Below are positions 18,801-27,027 of a stretch of 32,000 bases of DNA, one piece after another; position 1 is the stretch's first letter; every line of letters begins with the position of its first letter. The position numbers were made by a program, and so were the translations under genes. The notes under the pieces are model-generated. The model did not search any database. It was not told the DNA's origin and saw only the letters and a program-made list of their open reading frames with translations. Source of the DNA: Pseudomonas aeruginosa (GTDB lineage Bacteria > Pseudomonadota > Gammaproteobacteria > Pseudomonadales > Pseudomonadaceae); contig NZ_LN831024.1 in assembly GCF_001457615.1 (NCBI RefSeq), forward strand, positions 1,740,001 to 1,772,000, written 5' to 3'.

Positions 18801-21800
18801 TTCGTCGCCGACGATCTGCTGGATGGCGCTGAGCGGATAGCGGCGATGGGCGTGTCCGTCGCGCTCCTGGCGGAACAGCGCATCGGCTACCTCGATCCAG
18901 CTATGCCCGGCAATCTCCGAGCGGACCGGCACGGTATTCAGGAACAGGCCGACCATGCGGTCGGCGTCGGGCAGTTCGGGGCGGCCGTTGCTGATCGCGC
19001 CGGTGACCACGCTGTCGCTGCGGGAGAACAGATGCAGGGTCAGGCAATGGGCGGCGAGCAGCAGCGATTTCAACGGCAGTCCGCGTTGCGCCGCAGTGGC
19101 CTTGAGTCGTTCGAGCAGCCCGTCCGGCAGCGCTTCGCGATGGCTGGCCGGACCTTGCGCGGCTTGCGGCTCGTGGGCGCCGAAGCCGTCGAGGCGGGTC
19201 ATCCTCGCGCCCTCCAGCAGCCCGGTCCAGTACCCCACGGCGGCCGGCGAAGCCAGCGCGGCCAGCTCCTCGCGGACATGGCAGGCCAGCGCCGGCGCGG
19301 GGCCCGGCAGCGGCTCGCCACGGTAGGCGGCGACCAGCGCGACGATCAGGTTGGCCACGCTCCAGCCGTCGAGGATCGCATGGTGGAAGCTGAACACCAG
19401 GTCCAGGCCGTCCTCGCGGACGAACGCGGCGAACAGGAACAGCCCGGGCTGTTGCAGCGAATAGCGATGGAAGCGGCGTTGGCGGATGTGCTCGTCGAGC
19501 ACCGTCCCGGCCTCCGGGTTGCCGCGCAGGTCCAGGATCAGCGGTTCGCTGCGCGCCTGGGTATGCACCAGTTGCAGCGGTTCGGATGCGCCGCTGAGGT
19601 CGAACGACGAACGCAGCGCGGGATAGGCGGCGACCACCCGGTCCAGCGCGTGGCGGAACGCGGCTTCGTCCCAGGCCAGGTCGAAGCGGTAGTGGAACAC
19701 GTCGTGGTAGACCGACGAGTCGGGGCGCTGGCGGCTATGGAAGAGCAGGCCGAGACTCAGCCGGCTGGTCGGGAAGGCGTCCTCCAGCCCTTCCAGGCGC
19801 GGCTTGTCGACTTCGGAAACCAGTTCGAACGGCTGGTAGCTTCGCTCCGCGAGCGGACGCACCAGGCGCTCGGCAAGACCCGCCACCGTCGGGTTGCGCA
19901 TCAGGTCGGCGAGTTCGAAGCCCAGGCCGCGCCGCTGTGCGGCGGCGCGGATGCGCAGCATCAGGATCGAGTCGCCGCCGAGGGCGTAGAAGTCGTCGTG
20001 CACACCGACCTCCGCCACGCCGAGGACATCGGCCCACACCGCCGCCAGTTCGGCCTCGGTCGCCGTGCGCGGCGCAACCGCCGCCACCTGTTCCGGCGGT
20101 GCCGGCAGTTGCCGGCGGTCGAGCTTGCCGTTGGCGCTGAGCGGGAGGCTGTCGATGCGCACGAAGAAGGCTGGCAGCATGAAGTCCGGCAGCGTCGCCG
20201 AAAGTCCGGCGCGCAATTGACCGGGGTCGAGTTCCGCCGCAGCCACGTAGTAGCCGACCAGGTGCGTGCCGCGTACCGCCGAATCGCGTGCCACGACCGC
20301 GGCGTCGCGTACGCCGGGAAGCGCGGCGAGGCGGTCGCGTACTTCGTCGGGTTCGACCCGGTTGCCGCGGATCTTCACCTGGTCGTCGGCGCGGCCGAGG
20401 TATTCGAGGTTGCCGTCGGCCAGCCAGCGGGCCAGGTCGCCGGTACGGTAGAGACGGCCGCCGGCGACGAAGGGGTCGGCGAGGAAGCGCTCGGCGTTCA
20501 ACTCCGGCCGGTTCAGGTAGCCGCGGGCGACGCCGACGCCTCCTATATATAGCTCGCCGACGGCGCCGAGGGGCTGCGGCCTGAGCGCGCGGTCGAGGAC
20601 GTACAGGCGCAGGTTGTCGATCGGCCGGCCGATCGGGACCCGCGTGGGGTTGTCGCTGGCGCATTCATGGTCGGACACGTCGACGGTGGCCTCGGTCGGT
20701 CCGTACAGGTTGACCAGTCGCACGGCGTCGCCGAACAGCCGGCGGAAGCGCGTGACCTGCAACGGCGCGAGGGCTTCGCCGCTGCAGAACACCAGGCGCA
20801 GCGAGCTTGCCGCCGCGCGGGCGGTCGGGTCGCCGTCGAGCAGGTCGAGGAACGGCGTCAGCATCGACGGCACGAAGTGGATGACCGTGACCGCGTCGCG
20901 CTGGATGCTCCGCAGCATTTCCCGCGGGTCCTTCTCGGCGCCGGGCGGCAACAGCGACAGGCGGGCGCCGGTGAAGCTCCACCAGAACAGCTCCCAGACG
21001 GATACGTCGAACGTCACCGGAGTCTTTTGCAGAAGCACGTCGCGTTCGCCGATCGGATAACGACGCTGCATCCAGTTCAGGCGGTTGACCACCGAGCGGT
21101 GCTCGACCATGACGCCCTTGGGCATGCCGGTCGAACCGGAGGTATAGATGACATAGGCCAGGTCGCCGGGCGCCACGTTGGCCGCCGGCAGGTCGCCGGT
21201 GCTCTGCGGCAGGCGTTCGAGGTGCAGCACGCGCGTCTCGCCGAGGCTCTCGCCGAGTGTCGCCGCGCGTTCGTCCACCAGCACCACGCGGGCGCCGCAG
21301 TCTTCCAGTAGCAGGCGGACGCGCTCCAGGGGATGGTCGGGATTGATCGGCACATAGGCGCCGCCGGCGCGCTGCACGCCGAGGATCGCCGGCAGCAGGT
21401 GGGGACCGCGGGCGACCAGTAGCGCTACCCGCTCGTCGGTCCTCACACCCGCTGCGCGCAGGGCGTCGGCCACGGCCTGGACCTTGGCGTCCAGCTCGGC
21501 ATAGCTGAGCGTGCCGCCGTCGGCTTCCAGCAGCGCGGTGCGTTGCGGGGTGCGTGCCACCTGCTCGGCGAACAGCGTGGGCAGGGTAGCCTGCTCGGGG
21601 AATGCCTGGTCGGTGGCGTTGCGGGTGTGGATCAGTTCCTCGCGCTCGGCGGCCGACAGCGGATCGAGTTCGCCGAGGCGGCGCTCGCCGCCCTCCACCA
21701 GGGCGCGCAGGAAGGTTTCGATATGCCGCGCCGCGGCGTCCATGGGGAAGTCGGCGTCGAACACATCGCAGGCGTATTCGAAATCCACCTGCGCGTCGCT

Positions 21801-22922
21801 GTGCCCGTCGAACTCGGAGACCCAGATGGCCAGCGCGTCCGGGTCATGGGCGTGGGTTTGCGCCACGGTCTCGACGCTGGCGCTCGGGATCGCCTGGGCG
21901 GCGGGCCAGCGCATGTAGGAAAGGGTGGTGTCGAACAGTGGCGAGGCGCCGCGCAACAGGTCGCCGAGGGGCATCTTCTGGTGGCGCAGCAGCGTCCGGG
22001 TCGCCTCGCGCAACTGCGCCAGGAATTCGTCGACGGTCTGTTCCGGCGCGGTGCGGATGCGTAGCGGCAGGGTATTGGCGAAGTGCCCGACCACTTGCTT
22101 GGCCGCGCGGTCGGCGCGGTTCAGCACCGGTACGCCGAGGACCACGTCGTCGTTCTGGTGGATCCGCGCCAGGTACAGCGCCACGGCGGCGGAGAGGAAC
22201 AGGAAGGGCGATTCGCCACGATCGCGGATCGCATCGAGCAGTGTGCGTTCCAGCGTCAGCCTGTGGCGCGCGGTGCGGCGCAGCCCGGCCGGGCGCCTGC
22301 GGGTGAAGAGGGCCGGCTCCAGGCCCTCCAGGGCCTCGGCGAAATAGGCGCGGTCGCCGCGGTACTGTTCCGAACCGGAGTAGTCGTCGGTCTCGAGTTG
22401 CGCCAGGAGGGAAGCCGTCGGCATCTGCGCCTGTGGCTCGCCTAGCTCGCCCAGGTAGCCGGCGCGCACCCGGCTGAGGAATAGCTGCAGGCCCCAGGCG
22501 TCGCTGACGATATGGTGGGTGCGCACGTAGACGTAGAGCGCCTGGTCGCTATGCAGCAGGGCCAGGTCCACCAGGCTGCGGCCGTCCAGCGGGTAGGCGT
22601 GGCGGAAGGCGTCGCGCAGCCAGGATCGCACGGCGGCCTCGGGGTCGCGGTCGGCGCGCAGGTCGACGTGGCGCGCCTCGAACTCGGCATCCGTGTCCAG
22701 CCACTGGTACGGCGTACCGTCCGTCTCGCCGAGGCGCAGGCGGAACGCCTCGGTGTCTCGCGCCGCCTGCAGCAGCGCCCGTTCCAGGGCCTGGGTATCG
22801 ACCTCGCCGGTGAAGCGGTCGTAGCTGAAGATGGTGTACTGGTCGAGTTCCGGAAACTGCGCGGCGGCGACCCAGATGTCCCGTTGGTAGGGCGATAGCG
22901 GCAAGCGAGCGAAACGAACCAT
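15864..22922 (-). CDS. azeB: Dimodular non-ribosomal peptide synthetase, C-A-T-C-A-T-TE
   Basis: 2352 aa from ATG 22922 (MVRFARLPLSPYQRDIW). Motifs in order: HHIVSDAW (C1), YTSGSTGMPKG (A1), LGGDS (T1), HHAILDGW (C2), FTSGSTGRPKG (A2), LGGTS (T2), GWSFGG (TE). Confidence 0.96.
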   Translation of the reverse strand: MVRFARLPLSPYQRDIWVAAAQFPELDQYTIFSYDRFTGEVDTQALERALLQAARDTEAFRLRLGETDGTPYQWLDTDAEFEARHVDLRADRDPEAAVRSWLRDAFRHAYPLDGRSLVDLALLHSDQALYVYVRTHHIVSDAWGLQLFLSRVRAGYLGELGEPQAQMPTASLLAQLETDDYSGSEQYRGDRAYFAEALEGLEPALFTRRRPAGLRRTARHRLTLERTLLDAIRDRGESPFLFLSAAVALYLARIHQNDDVVLGVPVLNRADRAAKQVVGHFANTLPLRIRTAPEQTVDEFLAQLREATRTLLRHQKMPLGDLLRGASPLFDTTLSYMRWPAAQAIPSASVETVAQTHAHDPDALAIWVSEFDGHSDAQVDFEYACDVFDADFPMDAAARHIETFLRALVEGGERRLGELDPLSAAEREELIHTRNATDQAFPEQATLPTLFAEQVARTPQRTALLEADGGTLSYAELDAKVQAVADALRAAGVRTDERVALLVARGPHLLPAILGVQRAGGAYVPINPDHPLERVRLLLEDCGARVVLVDERAATLGESLGETRVLHLERLPQSTGDLPAANVAPGDLAYVIYTSGSTGMPKGVMVEHRSVVNRLNWMQRRYPIGERDVLLQKTPVTFDVSVWELFWWSFTGARLSLLPPGAEKDPREMLRSIQRDAVTVIHFVPSMLTPFLDLLDGDPTARAAASSLRLVFCSGEALAPLQVTRFRRLFGDAVRLVNLYGPTEATVDVSDHECASDNPTRVPIGRPIDNLRLYVLDRALRPQPLGAVGELYIGGVGVARGYLNRPELNAERFLADPFVAGGRLYRTGDLARWLADGNLEYLGRADDQVKIRGNRVEPDEVRDRLAALPGVRDAAVVARDSAVRGTHLVGYYVAAAELDPGQLRAGLSATLPDFMLPAFFVRIDSLPLSANGKLDRRQLPAPPEQVAAVAPRTATEAELAAVWADVLGVAEVGVHDDFYALGGDSILMLRIRAAAQRRGLGFELADLMRNPTVAGLAERLVRPLAERSYQPFELVSEVDKPRLEGLEDAFPTSRLSLGLLFHSRQRPDSSVYHDVFHYRFDLAWDEAAFRHALDRVVAAYPALRSSFDLSGASEPLQLVHTQARSEPLILDLRGNPEAGTVLDEHIRQRRFHRYSLQQPGLFLFAAFVREDGLDLVFSFHHAILDGWSVANLIVALVAAYRGEPLPGPAPALACHVREELAALASPAAVGYWTGLLEGARMTRLDGFGAHEPQAAQGPASHREALPDGLLERLKATAAQRGLPLKSLLLAAHCLTLHLFSRSDSVVTGAISNGRPELPDADRMVGLFLNTVPVRSEIAGHSWIEVADALFRQERDGHAHRRYPLSAIQQIVGDELSSAFNYVNLHVLEPLWQLRDFHVWEETNFALLVNVIATPSDGMYLRIDSDGRGISRSQAALIGATFVELLWRLAEHPDEAADFAFLAPRRDAASQPEPLVDVVSLFERQVEALPGSAALAFEEQRWTYRDLDHVARCVATRLVRAGARRGDAIGVALNRSPEMIATIWGILRAGLVCVPLDVSYPAQRLALILETAQPFRVVAHPEHAHVAAAERVLPVEELVADIEPETFAAPQLDELAMLLFTSGSTGRPKGVELSHRMWANYTQWQLRVASGVPGLRTLQFAPLSFDMAFQEIFSTLCGGGELQLISNRERMDPSALLHVLERRQVQRVLLPFVALQRLAEASNALGVRPGALRVVVSSGEQLRITEDVRAFCAAMPGLLLENQYGPTETHQVTYHSLSGDPAHYPDLPPIGRPLDGVEVQVLDAALRPVPVGVTGELYFGGDCLARGYHRAPELTAERFVEHPWRPGARLYRTGDLGRILGNGEIVWLGRADTQVKVRGFRIEPAEVELAIMRQAERQPGLRGAAVVARERQGNDAFLAAFLLGEPEAVDLAELKQALRSELPEHMVPAHFAWVDGFALTPSGKRDDAALRALPLEHGTNIEYLAPRDDYERTLAGLLGELLDRPRVGIRDSFFDLGGTSLSAMRFMLLIEKRYGVDLPMAALIETPTVEGLAERLRERSAVRAFDPLVPIRAGGSRPPLFLVHPLGGHVLCYLPLVRALPPDQPVYALQAAGTGQGSTPLAVLEDIAASYLAAIRRVQPEGPYYLGGWSFGGFVAYEMARQLRALDPQAVAQLIVLDSITVDRNHAGSASDEALLLFFYWELVWFERSDEEVEPLPEGASLEQKLDHIVERAIEAGVLPAGTPRATVQRLYELFRASWQALIGYRPEVSDQDMTLLRADGPLPLALKPMHDAAGTHYGDPKNGWQHWTSGRLDVIDVPGDHLVLMKEPYVETVAAEIAALLEPSTSSERTRP

Positions 22923-23100
22923 CCCTGCGTCCTCTTCAACAATCCATCGATTCGGCGAACACGGGCACCGCACGCCTCGCCGGACAGGTTCCACCCGTCG
23001 ACGTTTCAGCGCGCCGTAGCCAGCGTGGTTGGCAGGGAAGCGGCGGCACCCGAAGCAAGAGCGGGGTGTACTATTACTTTTGGCAGGCTCGAAGAAATAG

Positions 23101-23116
23101 CTGTTAATTCTTGCAG
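23101..23116. promoter_or_regulatory. las/rhl-type box 1: CTGTTAATTCTTGCAG
   Basis: Matches CT-N12-AG. A minus-strand TAATAG -10-like hexamer lies at 23071-23076, placing the box near -44 relative to an estimated azeB start site. Confidence 0.6.
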
Positions 23117-23133
23117 GGTAATCGCGTTGTTAA

Positions 23134-23149
23134 CTGTTAATTCTGGTAG
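23134..23149. promoter_or_regulatory. las/rhl-type box 2: CTGTTAATTCTGGTAG
   Basis: Matches CT-N12-AG. Reverse complement ACCTACCAGAATTAACAGTT closely resembles my recollection of the hcnA lux-type box. Confidence 0.65.
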
Positions 23150-23164
23150 GTGTTTACGAGGCAA

Positions 23165-23180
23165 CTTACAAATCTGTTAG
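23165..23180. promoter_or_regulatory. las/rhl-type box 3: CTTACAAATCTGTTAG
   Basis: Matches CT-N12-AG with good dyad symmetry (reverse complement CTAACAGATTTGTAAG). Confidence 0.45.
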
Positions 23181-23374
23181 GTTCCGGGAAACGTGCGTCG
23201 CGGCCCTGCATGGCTATGCTTCACGAGATTACCTTCGCCGGTCTTTTCGAAGTTGAAGCAAGCCTTTCGAAAGTGTCTGGCTGATGCATAATGGGCCGCT
23301 CGGAAGAGGCGCATTAACGGATATATATCCGCGCCCTGGCGAACAACGAACGCATGCCCTGAAAGGTTTGCCGG

Positions 23375-23407
23375 ATGGATTACCAACAGTTCCAGGAGGT
23401 TGCATGA
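23375..23407 (+). CDS. Candidate leader mini-ORF MDYQQFQEVA*, overlapping the clpP2 start (ATGA)
   Basis: ATG at 23375; its TGA (23405-23407) overlaps the clpP2 ATG (23404-23406). A GAAAGG purine stretch lies upstream. Confidence 0.3.
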   Translation: MDYQQFQEVA

Positions 23408-24009
23408 AAACCGATGACAAGGACCGCGAAGGCGGCGACTCCCACGGCGCCATCGGCGCCAAGCTGATGGAGTACGCGCTCAAGGTCAGGAAGGTGTTCG
23501 TCACCGGCGGGGTCGACGAGAAGATGGCCAAGGACGTCGTCCAGCAGCTGCACATCCTCGCCTCGATCAGCGACGATCCGATCTACATGTTCGTCAATTC
23601 CCCGGGTGGCCACGTCGAATCCGGCGACATGATCTTCGACGCGATCCGCTTCATCACACCGAAGGTCATCATGATCGGTTCCGGCAGCGTTGCCAGCGCC
23701 GGCGCGCTGATCTATGCCGCGGCGGACAAGGAAAACCGCTATTCGCTGCCCAATACCCGCTTCCTCCTGCACCAGCCGTCGGGCGGCATACAGGGGCCGG
23801 CCAGCAATATCGAGATCTACCGCCGCGAGATCGTGCGGATGAAGGAACGCCTCGACCGGATCTTCGCCGAAGCCACCGGGCAGACGCCGGAAAAGATCAG
23901 CGCCGACACCGAGCGCGACTTCTGGCTGAACGCGGAGGAGGCCGTGCAGTACGGCCTGGTCAACAAGATCATCGTTTCGGAACGGGAGATCACGCTGCCT
24001 GGCCAGTGA
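23404..24009 (+). CDS. clpP2: ClpP-family serine protease (ClpP2)
   Basis: 201 aa from ATG 23404 behind CAGGAGGT. NSPGGHVESGDMIFDAI, Ser context GSVASAGA, His context RFLLHQPSGG, TERDFWLNAEEAVQYGLVNKI. Confidence 0.93.
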   Translation: MKTDDKDREGGDSHGAIGAKLMEYALKVRKVFVTGGVDEKMAKDVVQQLHILASISDDPIYMFVNSPGGHVESGDMIFDAIRFITPKVIMIGSGSVASAGALIYAAADKENRYSLPNTRFLLHQPSGGIQGPASNIEIYRREIVRMKERLDRIFAEATGQTPEKISADTERDFWLNAEEAVQYGLVNKIIVSEREITLPGQ

Positions 24010-24292
24010 GTTACCGCAGGCCGGATAAATACGAAGGCGGGCGCGAAGAGCGTATTTCCCGATTCTCTTCTCGCTCGCTTTTCTTTCTTTAATTTCCGAT
24101 CGATAGGGTAACTTTTCTTACTTTTATTTTGCTTGTTTTCAAAATGCCATCAGCAAGAATGGCTGACTTTTGCAAAGTCTCACGTCGCGCGCCCGTTATT
24201 TTCAATCATTCTATCGAGCGACATTTTTCAGGCTTACGGAAATTACCTTCCGTCTGCCGGCCTTGTTTGACTCGACCTGACGTAACAATGGA

Positions 24293-24328
24293 CAAGCGCC
24301 GGGAAAGTTCCAGCTTCCGCGGCGCTTG
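24293..24328. terminator. Strong hairpin between the convergent clpP2 and putative hydrolase genes
   Basis: CAAGCGCCG ... CGGCGCTTG perfect 9-bp arms with inner GGAA/TTCC pairing. No long U tract on either side. Confidence 0.45.
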
Positions 24329-24351
24329 CCGGTATTTCCAGTGAATTGTTT

Positions 24352-25239
24352 TCAGGCGTTCGCCGCGCGCCGGGCCGCCGGCGAGTTGGCCAGGTATTCC
24401 AGGGCTTCCTGGGTATTCGCCTCGTGCTCGGGGTGGTACCAGGGATTGAAGTAACGGGCGACGTCGCGGAAGGTGCGCGCGAGGTTCGGCAGCAGGCCCT
24501 GCTTGCCGAGCCGCCACCAGGTTCGTAGGAATCCCTGGCGCTTGGCGCCGCGCAGGCTCGGGTCCTGGTCGAGGAGGGTGCGGGTGCCGTCGGCGAGCAG
24601 GTAGACCAGTATCGCGATGACCAACAGCATGGTCAGTTGCCGGGTGACGAAGCTGCCGCCCAGATGCACGTGCAGGTCGTGGGCGACGCTGCGGTGCTCT
24701 ACTTCCTCGGCGCCGTGCCAGCGCAGCAGGTCGAGCATCACCGGGTCGCTGCCGCGGCGATCCAGCTCCCGGGCCTCCAGCACCCACTTGCCGAGCACGC
24801 AGGTGAAATGCTCCACCGCGGCGATGATCGCGCAGCGCTGGCGCAGCCACCAGCCGTCGAGGGCGCGGGTCAGGCGGTTCTGCCCCAGCGGGTAGTCGCA
24901 GAGCAGGCGTTCGAAAAGGAAATCCATCTTGTCGGTGAACGGCTTGGAGTCGATGTCGAACCTGCTCAGGTAGCGCTGGATCGCGCCGTCGTGGGCCCGC
25001 GAATGCATCGCTTCCTGGCGGATGAAACCCTGCACGTCGTCGCGCAGGCGGGCGTCGCTAACCAGCGGCAGGGCCTTGTTGTAGAGGCGGCAGAACCACA
25101 GTTCGCCGGAAGGCAGGAGCATGTGCAGGACGTTCATCACCTGGGACGCTTCCGCTTCGCCGGGAACCCAGTGCAGGGGGGTATCGCTGAAGTCGAAGCG
25201 GACCTTGCGCTGGACCAGCTTGTGGTGGAATTCGCTCAT
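24352..25239 (-). CDS. Predicted metal-dependent hydrolase (PF10118-like)
   Basis: 295 aa; MNVLHMLLPSGELWFCRLYNKALPLVSD...FIRQEAMHSRAHD...HGAEEVEHRSVAHDLHVHLGG has the spaced His/Glu of this family. Confidence 0.75.
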   Translation of the reverse strand: MSEFHHKLVQRKVRFDFSDTPLHWVPGEAEASQVMNVLHMLLPSGELWFCRLYNKALPLVSDARLRDDVQGFIRQEAMHSRAHDGAIQRYLSRFDIDSKPFTDKMDFLFERLLCDYPLGQNRLTRALDGWWLRQRCAIIAAVEHFTCVLGKWVLEARELDRRGSDPVMLDLLRWHGAEEVEHRSVAHDLHVHLGGSFVTRQLTMLLVIAILVYLLADGTRTLLDQDPSLRGAKRQGFLRTWWRLGKQGLLPNLARTFRDVARYFNPWYHPEHEANTQEALEYLANSPAARRAANA

Positions 25240-25248
25240 GGCAGGCTC

Positions 25249-27027
25249 TCAGGAAGTCAGGTCGAAGCGCGCGAGAAACCGCGTGGCCCAGGGCGCGAAG
25301 CGCCATTGCAGGGCGCCGAGGTGCACCTCGCTGCCCACCGAGACCACCGCCTTGTTGCGCTCCACGGCGCGCACCAGCTTTTCCCCGACGGTGTCCGGGC
25401 TGAGCCGGCGTCGCTTGTAGAAGCGCTGGATCTTCGCCTGGCGCCGTGCCTGGCGTTCGGCGTCCATGCCGACGAAGCGGGTGGCCTGGACAATGCCGGT
25501 ATCGACGAAGCCCGGGCACACCGCGGTGACTCCGATCGAACGTCCGGCCAGTTCCGCCCGCAGGCATTCGCTGAGCATCAGTACCGCGGCCTTGCTGGTG
25601 GCGTAGGCGGGGTAGTTGCGCGACGGCGCGAAGGCCACGCCGGAGGCGACATTGACCAGGTGCCCCGGCTTGTTCGCCGCGATCATCTGCCGGCCGAACA
25701 GGCGGCAGCCGTCGATCACGCTCCACAGGTTGACCCGCAGCAGGCGCTCCCATTCCGCGGGCGAGGTGTCGAGCATCGGTCCGGCCATGCCGATGCCGGC
25801 ATTGCTGACTACCACATCCGGGACTCCGAGGGTGTCGCGCACCCACTCGGCGAAGGTCTCCATGGCCTGGGTATCGCCGACGTCGACCTGGTAGACATGG
25901 GCCGTGGCGCCAAGGGCGCGGGCCAGTTCGGCGCTGCGTTCGGCGGCTTCCAGGTCGAGATCGGCGGCGAGCAGGCTGGCGCCGCGCTCGGCGAAGCTGA
26001 GCAGGGTCGAACGGCCGATGCCGCCGCCGGCGCCGGTGACCACCACCAGCTTGCCGTTCATCGAGCGCGCGTCGGGCCGGACCTGGGCGCGTTGCAGGGC
26101 CGGCGGCGACTCGCCGGTTTCCTGGGCGTCGATGAACTCGCCGAGCCAGCCGGCCAGTTGCTCCGGCTCGGCCAGCAGTTGCCAATGGCCGACGCTCGCC
26201 TCGCGCCGCCACAGGCGTGGCGCCCACAGGCTGAGGTGCTGGAACAGCTGGGCGCCGACGTAACGGTCGCGGGTCGGTACGATCAGTTGCACCGGCACTT
26301 CGGTGTGGCGCTTGCGCGGACGGAACAGGCTGCGGATGAAGTTGCCGCGGTACAGCTTGACCCCGTGCCGGCCGTCGCTGGCCTGGGTCGGGTTGACCTG
26401 CGGATGGCGGACGCCTTCGGCGTGCTTCAGGAACTGCGGCCAGAGCCGGGCCAGGCCGGCGCTCCAGAGCAGCTCGGGTACGACGGGGGTATGGAAGAAG
26501 GCGATGTACCAGGAGTGGAGCAACTGGCCGAATACCGCTTTCAGGGCCTTCGGACTGCGCTGCCTGAGGTGTTCGCGCATCCAGAAACCGACATGGTCCA
26601 GGCAGGGCCCGGAGATCGAGGTATAGGACGCGATCAGCGGTCGGCACTGCGGATCGGTGACGCTTTCCCAGGTCTGGATCGAGCCCCAGTCATGGGCCAG
26701 CAGGTGTACCGGGCGGTCCGGGCTGGTGGTGCGGATCACCGCCTGCAGGTCTTCGCTGAGCCGCTGCAGGTGGTAGTCGCGGCTCCAGCGTGGCTTGTCC
26801 GAAGCGCCGGCGCCACGCACGTCGTAGGCGACGATGCGGTAGCGCCCGGCCAGTTGGCGGATCAGCGGCAGCCAGGTCTCGTGGTTGTCCGGGTAGCCAT
26901 GCACCATCAGCAGCGTCGGCTTGCCGTTGTCCGGCGCGCCCCAGCAATGAACCGCCAGGCGCACGTCGCCGGATTGCACGAACAGGCGTTCCGGCTGCAG
27001 GTCGGGGAGGGCGAGGAGCGCGTTCAT
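25249..27027 (-). CDS. Bifunctional N-terminal alpha/beta-hydrolase (epoxide-hydrolase-like) fused to C-terminal SDR
   Basis: 592 aa from ATG 27027. HGYPDNHETW, LLAHDWGSIQTW (Asp nucleophile elbow), then VVVTGAGGGIGRSTLLSFAERG, NAG, YATSKAAV. Confidence 0.88.
   Translation of the reverse strand: MNALLALPDLQPERLFVQSGDVRLAVHCWGAPDNGKPTLLMVHGYPDNHETWLPLIRQLAGRYRIVAYDVRGAGASDKPRWSRDYHLQRLSEDLQAVIRTTSPDRPVHLLAHDWGSIQTWESVTDPQCRPLIASYTSISGPCLDHVGFWMREHLRQRSPKALKAVFGQLLHSWYIAFFHTPVVPELLWSAGLARLWPQFLKHAEGVRHPQVNPTQASDGRHGVKLYRGNFIRSLFRPRKRHTEVPVQLIVPTRDRYVGAQLFQHLSLWAPRLWRREASVGHWQLLAEPEQLAGWLGEFIDAQETGESPPALQRAQVRPDARSMNGKLVVVTGAGGGIGRSTLLSFAERGASLLAADLDLEAAERSAELARALGATAHVYQVDVGDTQAMETFAEWVRDTLGVPDVVVSNAGIGMAGPMLDTSPAEWERLLRVNLWSVIDGCRLFGRQMIAANKPGHLVNVASGVAFAPSRNYPAYATSKAAVLMLSECLRAELAGRSIGVTAVCPGFVDTGIVQATRFVGMDAERQARRQAKIQRFYKRRRLSPDTVGEKLVRAVERNKAVVSVGSEVHLGALQWRFAPWATRFLARFDLTS

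Noticed and set aside
15960-20552. 1530-aa plus-strand ORF opposite the NRPS gene.
   Set aside because: Shadow ORF from high third-position GC. Composition is low-complexity His/Gln/Val/Ala-rich with no recognisable family, while the opposite strand encodes unmistakable NRPS motifs.
23284-23403. Upstream start for clpP2 giving 241 aa.
   Set aside because: The first 40 residues show no ClpP homology, and ATG 23404 has a strong CAGGAGGT ribosome-binding site at the right distance.
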